Shown here: in pieces, positions 55,921-64,000 of the stretch
Numbering within the stretch: position 1 is the first letter of the stretch
How the letters are laid out: each line of letters begins with the position of its first letter
From: Eledone cirrhosa
Taxonomy: Eukaryota
Direction of reading: 5' to 3'
DNA: 64,000 nt
Assembly (NCBI GenBank): GCA_964016885.1
Contig: OZ024745.1
Location: 42,780,001 to 42,844,000, forward strand
Program-made: the position numbers and the translations under genes
Notes under the pieces: generated by a model
Told to the model about the DNA's origin: nothing
Databases searched by the model: none
What the model saw: the letters and a program-made list of their open reading frames with translations, nothing else

Positions 55921-56034
55921 TTAGAATTTTACCTTGCCTTCGGATTTTCATTTTGATACATATATATATATATATATGTATACGTACATACATATATGTA
56001 TACAGACGTACAGTAGTATGTATATGCATACATG

Positions 56035-56097
<63 letters not shown>

Positions 56098-56137
56098 GTA
56101 TGGGTTTACCAAACATTTATTCAACACTGACAAAGGA

Positions 56138-56180
56138 ACGATGAACTAGTTTCTAGCTTATTAGCTGTCATCAGCACGGT
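56138..56180 (-). ncRNA. type I minimal hammerhead (family E)
   Basis: accgtg-CTGATGA-c agct aata agct a-GAAA-ctag-TT^-catcgt. Confidence 0.65.
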
Positions 56181-56694
56181 ATACCTTCCTGTCAGTAGAT
56201 TGAACGTTTGAAAGTATATACTTTCCTTATGCATATTAACGGCTGAGTAGCCTAATTTTCATATCGAGTGAGTTAGTCGGCCGGGTGTAGCGAAAACGAT
56301 AAATGGAAAAAATGAAATTTCATTTCTCACACTTAGTACGGCTGATACTTAAATATAAGTATGTATACGTACATACATATATGTATACAGACGTACAGTA
56401 GTATGTATATACATACATGTACACATATATATATGTACGTATGGGTTAACGAACATTTATTATCAAGCTCGGTTTCGTCTGTATACATATATGTATGTAC
56501 GTATACATGCTTATATTTAAGTATCAGCGGTACTAAGTGTGAGAAATGAAATTTCATTTCATTCTTTTCCATTTATCATTTTCAGGACGCCCTGCCGACT
56601 AACTCACTCGAAATGCAAATTAGGCTGCTCAGCCGTTAATATGCATAAGGAAAGTATATACTTTCAAACGTTCAATCGACTGACAGGAAGGTAT

Positions 56695-56737
56695 ACGGTG
56701 CTGATGACAGCTAATAAGCTAGAAACTAGTTCATCGT
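56695..56737 (+). ncRNA. type I minimal hammerhead (family E)
   Basis: acggtg-CTGATGA-c agct aata agct a-GAAA-ctag-TT^-catcgt; stem I extends via ctgaca/tgtcag (56680-56748). Confidence 0.75.
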
Positions 56738-56861
56738 TCCTTTGTCAGTGTTGAACAAAATGGCAACGATGGTTGCCGAACACCGTACGGCTAAAAATTC
56801 GGGCTGTTTGTTTACAAACAAACCGAGCATTATAATAAACGTTCGGTAAACCCATACGTAC

Positions 56862-56894
<33 letters not shown>

Positions 56895-57013
56895 CATGTA
56901 TGTATGTATATACATACTACTGTAGGTCTGTATACATATATGTATGTACGTATACATACTTATATTTAAGTATCGACCGTACTAAGTGTGAGAAATGAAA
57001 TTTCATTTTTTCC

Positions 57014-57057
<44 letters not shown>

Positions 57058-57319
57058 AAGTGCACTACCAGCCGAAGACTATGATAAAGCTATATCTGTA
57101 TAAATACAGAGTGTGTAAATGAGACTGCACCAACGTGTATAAATATTATACACGTATCTAATATATATATCTTGGTTCAGAGAGCTTAGCCAGTCTCTGG
57201 AAGATACGGGGTTCGACTCCTCGTAGTGGCCAAAGACAGCTTCTTTTGCAGTCTTTAAAAACCTTCTATAAGGTATTTTATGGCATCTGCGCACATGAGC
57301 ACACCACTCTTTATATGTA

Positions 57320-57423
<104 letters not shown>

Positions 57424-57424
57424 C

Positions 57425-57469
<45 letters not shown>

Positions 57470-57929
57470 CGTTGCTTCGAAAGGGGAGTGGGAGAGCAAG
57501 GGGAAGAAAGAAAAACAAATAAAAGATGTTGCAACCAGTGGTAGAGTGAAAGCAAGGAAGGAAGGAAGGAAGAGAAAGATGAGGGGGAAATGGGGAAGGA
57601 GGGAAGGAAGGAAGAGGAAAGGAGAAAAGAACAGAAGCTACTACGGAAAGGAATACAATGAGCAGACGACAACACTGCCACGTGACTAAACGGAAAGAGC
57701 GCACGATATAGCACGTGGCCAACTGTCAGAAGAATAAAACAGTGTTATTTTATTTGTCTCTTTCTTATGTTTTTATGATATTTAATATCATGGTTGAATT
57801 TCATTTTAATTTTTATTATATATGAAACAAATTTATATATAAAAATATTGATAAAGAAAAGACATACTGTTGCTTCATTGTTTACAAGAACTCCCTACAT
57901 AGAATTCACACACATTGTTGCTATCTATT

Positions 57930-58535
57930 TTTCTAGGCACAAAGACTTATGTGGCTGAGAGCACTGAGCAGAGACTTATTCATAACGATCTGAACATGCA
58001 CAAAGTTCGTTCCCGGGGTGGTCAATGAAGATCAAAGCCAGAGGCGCGTTGATCACAGCAGGGAGACGGTTGAGTGGATCGCTTCGAATCGAAGTGTCCT
58101 TGAGTCTCTGGTAACTTGTGACGAGAGTTGGGCCTACTGTTATGATCTAGAGACCAAGAGGCAGAGTGCTCAGTGGAAACTTTCTGACTCCCCAAGACTT
58201 AAGAAGGCCAAACAAAGCAGGTCGGCTGGGAAGCTCATGATGATCCAGGTCTTTGACAACAAGTCCATCATCTACACCCACTGGCTCTCTCATGACCAGG
58301 CAGTCAACAAAAAGTACTATGTAGAGAGTCTGAGACAGTTCAGAAAGGGATTATGTCACAAGAGACCAGAATTCTTCAAGTCTGGTCTGTGGCACCTACA
58401 CCCAGACAATGCCCCATAACACAAATCCATCCTGGTGACCAACTTCTTGACTTATATGGGTATCAAGACTTTTTCTTCATCCTCCCTACAGTCCAAACTT
58501 AACCCCATGGGACTTCCGGATGTTCCCCCAAGATG
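57930..58535 (+). pseudogene. mariner transposase fragment
   Basis: LVTCDESWAYCYDLETKRQSAQW..KQSRSAGKLM..HLHPDNAP, then PPYSPNLTP in another frame. Confidence 0.85.
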
Positions 58536-59079
58536 TCACGCAGTAAGATCGAACCTGCAACCAAATGATTGCCAAGTGAACTTTTTAACCATTCGACAAT
58601 GCTGCGTACACTTAACCACGGATAAATGAAAGACAAATTCCTCTTTGGTGGGATTTGAATTCAAAACATAAACGGACATAACTAAATATCACAAGATCCA
58701 TTCATTTTTCCCAATCTCCTGTTCTCCCTAATCCTATATTAGCGCTTAACATATAATACAATCAAAACAACTCAAAATAATTTGCTGTACAAATATTCAA
58801 TATTAACTTTATTCAAACGAACCGTTGCACTACAGTGGTTAAGTTAACACCATTTTGAAATTAATATTAATATCTGAATCATTAATATAAACAATAAGGA
58901 ACCATTAGTGATATTATTCAGATCCATTATCTAAATAAGGAGTATTGAAAAATGTTAAAGGTTTGGTTGTTTGATTAAAGGTCTATACAAAATTTAGTCT
59001 CTAATTCATGCCATAGCACAATACACACTACTGCAGGTTTTTATACTAAAATGTAGTTGTATTTTTAATTCTCCTTGGA

Positions 59080-59470
59080 AGCAGTGGTACGAACAATCGT
59101 TTTTATATCTGTGGAAGGAACCTCGGTCGGATTAAACGATCAGTGTTCTAATTGTTCGGTCAATGAAATATTCTGCTCATGAAACTAAGTTGTAAGTGGC
59201 TAAGCATTCCATAAAAATTTTTAATCTTCAGGTCATTTTCGGAGATAGCGTAATTTTCAGTGACAGAGTGTGTAACAAGATTGGCCCTTAGAATTACTAA
59301 TACAGTTCATCCTGCGGGCTTCGAAACAGTTTCCGCCAGCTCAATTTCATTCATAAGGCAGGGATCGAACCGAGGTTAGCATAAATGACACTTGCCCAAG
59401 ATGCCACGCAATAGGACCGAAACTGGGACTTAATTATTGCGAATCGAACTTCTTAACAATTCGGGCATGT
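59080..59470 (-). mobile_element. SINE family 2 (diverged)
   Basis: cacttgcccaagatgccacgc etc., reverse complement of the family 2 head. Confidence 0.6.
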
Positions 59471-60085
59471 TGCTTCCACGTGTCTATCTATATATTCAAC
59501 AATATTTTTTTATGACCCGTAAATACTTATGGAGTGGTAGGAGCACCATCGTGGCATATGGCGTATCTTGGACCCTTCCCTTCTCCAAGTCTAACACAGC
59601 TGATTTCTGTCAGAGATGGAGAGAGAATGAGAGTGAAGACGTGAGAAAGAGATATAAAGGAAGAATCGATCTTGGTACTAAACTGGTACTTCTTTTATCG
59701 ACCTCGAGAGGAAGAACGGCAAAATTGATCTCGATAGGTTTTGAACTGAGAGTGTAGACAGTCGGAATGAATTCTATCTGCCTGATACTCAACAATGATT
59801 ACACACAAATGGTGAATTGAGATGGTTTTTGATTCTCCTCATTTTTAATTATTCAATGTATATTTTTTTTATTCACATTTAGTTGCCCATTACTTTTGAA
59901 GTTGCTTCTACACCGGTGAAATCGATGATGTTGATTTTCTACTTACGGATTAATACGGGAGGAGGAAATAGTGTTAACAAGGAGAAATTTTGGAAGGTAT
60001 AAGATAAAGAAAAAGCAGTGAATTGGCCGAGCCCAGTACTGGAATCCATTCTTTCTCTATATCTTTTCTCGCTTCCACACACACA

Positions 60086-60160
<75 letters not shown>

Positions 60161-60384
60161 CCTCCTTCCCTATAAAAAACTGGCTGTGTTCAGGCCTGGA
60201 GAAAGGATGGGTTCCGTCAGTTTTAAAGTTCCAAGATGTCAGAACAATGTCCTTACAATTCCATCATGAGATACGAGTCCATACATACATACACACACAC
60301 TCACATATACATACATGCATACATACAAACATACATACATACATACATACATACATACATACATACATACATACATACATACAT

Positions 60385-60418
<34 letters not shown>

Positions 60419-60424
60419 TCACAT

Positions 60425-60455
<31 letters not shown>

Positions 60456-60522
60456 CATACATATATACATACATACATACATACATACATACATACATAC
60501 ATACATACATACATACATACAT

Positions 60523-61130
60523 ACATGGTGGCTGCCAACTCGTTTTCGAGTACGGCCACTACTTTATATCCATGTAGGAGAACTCCTACCGATGCCCTGA
60601 ACAAGTGTGACTTTTTAGTCCAGCCAGCGTATTGAAAACTCTGGTACAAACACTACACTTGTGACAATTATTGACACATAGTGCTGGGCCCATTGTACCA
60701 TGTGACGACAAGTGCAGAGAGATCTCCAGATATAAAGCAATGCCTGTGCCGTGAAGCTTTTATAGTGAGCAAAGGCACTGCACAAAGCCAGCCCCACTCT
60801 CTTAACCAAGATGATATTTACCAAAAAGAACAAGTCAACATCATTGGATACCATCAGGGTTGCAGGTATTATATCAGAGTTTTCCTTCTCCTAGAATTCT
60901 GCCTTGACAAAGGCTAAGGGGTCATCTCTCCCGGTGATTTTGGATGGCCATTGACTCTTAAGAGCTCCTTTGCCCTTTGACAGGTTTTGTTTTTAGTCCT
61001 GCAGGATGTCCAAAGTCACCCTCCTCACCAAGAACCCTTGGTGGGGTTGCCAGTTTAGTCGCCAACGACCCGACCATGAGACAGGTTGTACTGGGATACA
61101 TGTTACCAGTAGCACCAACTGGTGACCTGA
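60523..61130 (-). mobile_element. (ACAT)n-flanked short retroelement
   Basis: Homologous to 17143-17680; long (ACAT)n on both sides. Confidence 0.7.
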
Positions 61131-61519
61131 CACATACATACATACATACATACATACATACATACATACATACATACATACATACATACATACATACATA
61201 CATACAAGATAAAGTATGGATTACGGATGAACTTAAAAGAAGGTCTTACATAGCTTACTGTAGTAGAAGTAGAAGAAACAGAAAGAAGATGAAAGTGTGT
61301 TTGTGAATTAGTAGTGTAGCATGTAGCCGGGCTTTTGTTGTTGTTGTTGTTGTTGTTTTGTTGTTTTTTTTTTTTGTTTTTTATCAAATTGGGTGAGTGA
61401 CCTTTTAGATGTGCCAGAAATAAGGGTCCAATTTCTGGCGACGCAACAATACAGATGCTAATAGATACTCGTTTATATCTGTACTGTTGTCAATATATAT
61501 GAAAGGACGATGGGTGACG

Positions 61520-62146
61520 AGATCGTTAAAGAGATGGACATGCCATCTGATATTTAGTAAAGTCCCATTGCATTCTGAGTTTAACTTGTTCGTCAAAAGA
61601 TTTTTCACGCCTGAAAATATCTTATATCTTTATAAATCTACCATCGCCCTTGTATTGAGTACTGTTGCCACACCTGGTCTGGTGCTTCTGCCATGCACCT
61701 TGAGAGGCTAGTTAGGATCCAAAGATTAATCGTCAACATTATTGTTCCTAACTCATCATGTCAGCTTCAATCACTATCATACCATCGAAATGCTGTCCCT
61801 CTTTTCCTTTTTATAAATATTTTCATAGGAAATGTTCTGATGAGCTTTGCTTTTTGTTGACTCGTCTCCACTAGTTTAAACAGAGCACTGGATTAGCGGC
61901 TTGGTCTCATCCATTTACCGATGAAATTCCTAAAATCTATTCTGATAGTTTTTCCCTTGGACATTTCACCTATGGAATTCTCTTCCATCTTGTAATTCTT
62001 CTGGCCATCACAATTTGCAAAAATTCAAAAGCAACTTCAATTGTCATCTCCTCTCTCCTTGAATTATGTTCTCTTTGCCTTTTCCTTCTCCCATCTACAT
62101 TTTAGTGGCTTTATTCTCTTGTTGAGGTGAGCAAAGAAAAAAAAAA
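61520..62146 (+). mobile_element. CR1-group LINE 3' fragment
   Basis: FTPENILYLYKSTI/PCIEYCCHTWSGAS..LQSLSYHRN..FYKYFHRKCSDEL..WNSLP..KFKS; poly(A) tail. Confidence 0.75.
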
Positions 62147-63082
62147 TAGTGATGTCGACTTTATCTTCAGACTTCCGATAAAATAAATATCAGTAAAGTA
62201 GTCGTGTGAAATGGCAAGGGCCGTAACTCTATGCGTCAAAGCATGGCGTCCGACCCTCTACCGATACTGCTAATTCATAATGGCTTAATATTTTGTCGGG
62301 TAAATGGAATTCATTGAACAACACCTTCACAATATATTACAGGTACTTATTTGATCAATCTCTGAAGACTGAAAATTAAAACCAACTTCGGTGACACTCG
62401 AAGTTAAATATGGTAAGACATTTAGTTCATTGTCTAATCATTCTTACTGAATATGTGTATGAATAACGTTAATTTCAGATAAACGATTAACACACACGTG
62501 CAGCAAGATCGATCATAAGCTACTGCACATGGATGAGCGAAATAATAAATGAAAGTCCCACTGGCATTTGCTACTAGCAGACCTCTCTGGCCATAACTTA
62601 TCAGCCTATAAACCTTGTCACATTGAGAGCAGTCATCTTTCACCAATTCACTGACGCTGTAAGGGTTTTATTACTTTGATTTCACCTGTTCATTCTGGCG
62701 TCAAATCTGCACAGTTTCATAACCTTTTAAGTAGCCGTTTCTTGTCAACATCTGCTCGTCCTCTTTACAAAACTTTAAAAATTAGCTCATCCTTTAACGG
62801 AACTTGAAAGTTATCACCTCCATTTTTACTATTTCTATCCAACAAATAATCAAACGTTTATATAGAAATAACAGCGCCGACGATGGCGTCGCTAGACAAC
62901 AACAACGATAATGATGGCGTCGCTAGACAACAACAACGATAATGATAATGATTACCATCGTCGCCATTACCGTCGTCGCCGTCATTATCATCGCTATAGT
63001 CATCGTTGTCGCTAAGACCTCCATCGCCGTTGTCGCCGTGGGCTCTTTCTATAACCATATTTTTCGATTTCACTTTTTTTTT

Positions 63083-63132
<50 letters not shown>

Positions 63133-63219
63133 ATGACAGGGTGCTTGTGTTTCTCTCTCTCTCACTTGGATTTCGTTACTTCTGTAACTGTATGCAGATA
63201 GATAGATATGACAGATAGG

Positions 63220-63321
<102 letters not shown>

Positions 63322-63581
63322 ACCGGCCACACTCTATTTCGTTATAGAAAGTATGAAACGAGGAACTCACGTAAGTACGCTAGTAACCAACAAGTAGGGC
63401 AGAAAACAAATATGGAGCGACGGGTGGGTTGGCTGAGCGGTCAGAGGTGAAACAGGAACAATGAACGGAGCGGAATAAATCATTTATCGATGGCAAAACT
63501 AAACATTGCTTACTGAGGTGTGAAGCGATGGACGACCACATGTGAAGGATGGAGAATCAATCGTTGAAAGGATACATACAG

Positions 63582-63623
<42 letters not shown>

Positions 63624-63625
63624 TA

Positions 63626-63656
<31 letters not shown>

Positions 63657-63675
63657 GTGTGTGTATATATATATA

Positions 63676-63754
<79 letters not shown>

Positions 63755-63759
<5 letters not shown>

Positions 63760-63911
63760 GAAGAAACTGTGGTAAGGAACCAGGTGGACCATAACGCACC
63801 AAAGTACTCAATACTTAGGGTAGTAGAGTGGGTAATAGGAACGAGTAGGACCCCGACGGCTGAGCTCAAGCCGTTTCGACGGCTAATTCTGCCGTCGGGG
63901 TCCTACTCGTT

Positions 63912-63915
<4 letters not shown>
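63755..63915. mobile_element. family A palindromic element (centre partly deleted)
   Basis: Long left arm, short right arm gccgtcggggtcctactcgttccta; (TA)n flanks. Confidence 0.8.
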
Positions 63916-63999
<84 letters not shown>

Positions 64000-64000
64000 T

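Larger units (their letters stand above)
55975..57018. mobile_element. head-to-head concatemer of ~450-bp hammerhead-bearing units (retrozyme/PLE-like, family E)
   Basis: gtactaagtgtgagaaatg recurs at 56530 and 56979; left half is the inverse array; (TA)n flanks. Confidence 0.7.

Overview
This is AT-rich, microsatellite-saturated animal (non-prokaryotic) intergenic or intronic DNA. The SINE families and repeat landscape most resemble an octopus genome, which is an inference from recalled consensus sequences. No intact host gene is evident, and nearly all ORFs in the track are microsatellite artefacts. Recognisable content is a TE graveyard: RTE, RTE-X, Tx1-like, Hero-like, CRE-like and CR1-like LINE relics, hAT and mariner relics, two non-autonomous Helitrons, two tRNA-derived SINE families, a U6 fragment and a 46-bp minisatellite. 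The main unexplained signal is a dense set of short non-coding elements embedded in (TA)n tracts. They carry about 11 type I hammerhead ribozyme folds from at least 5 unrelated families (CUGANGA / stem II / GAAA / short palindromic stem III / UH / paired stem I), typical of Penelope-like elements and retrozymes. Many more copies occur as asymmetric palindromes whose axis sits exactly on hammerhead stem II and which lack the CUGANGA half. One locus is a head-to-head concatemer of ~450-nt ribozyme units, and one element end is fused to U6. All folds were paired by eye and are untested; palindromes next to (TA)n need long-read confirmation.
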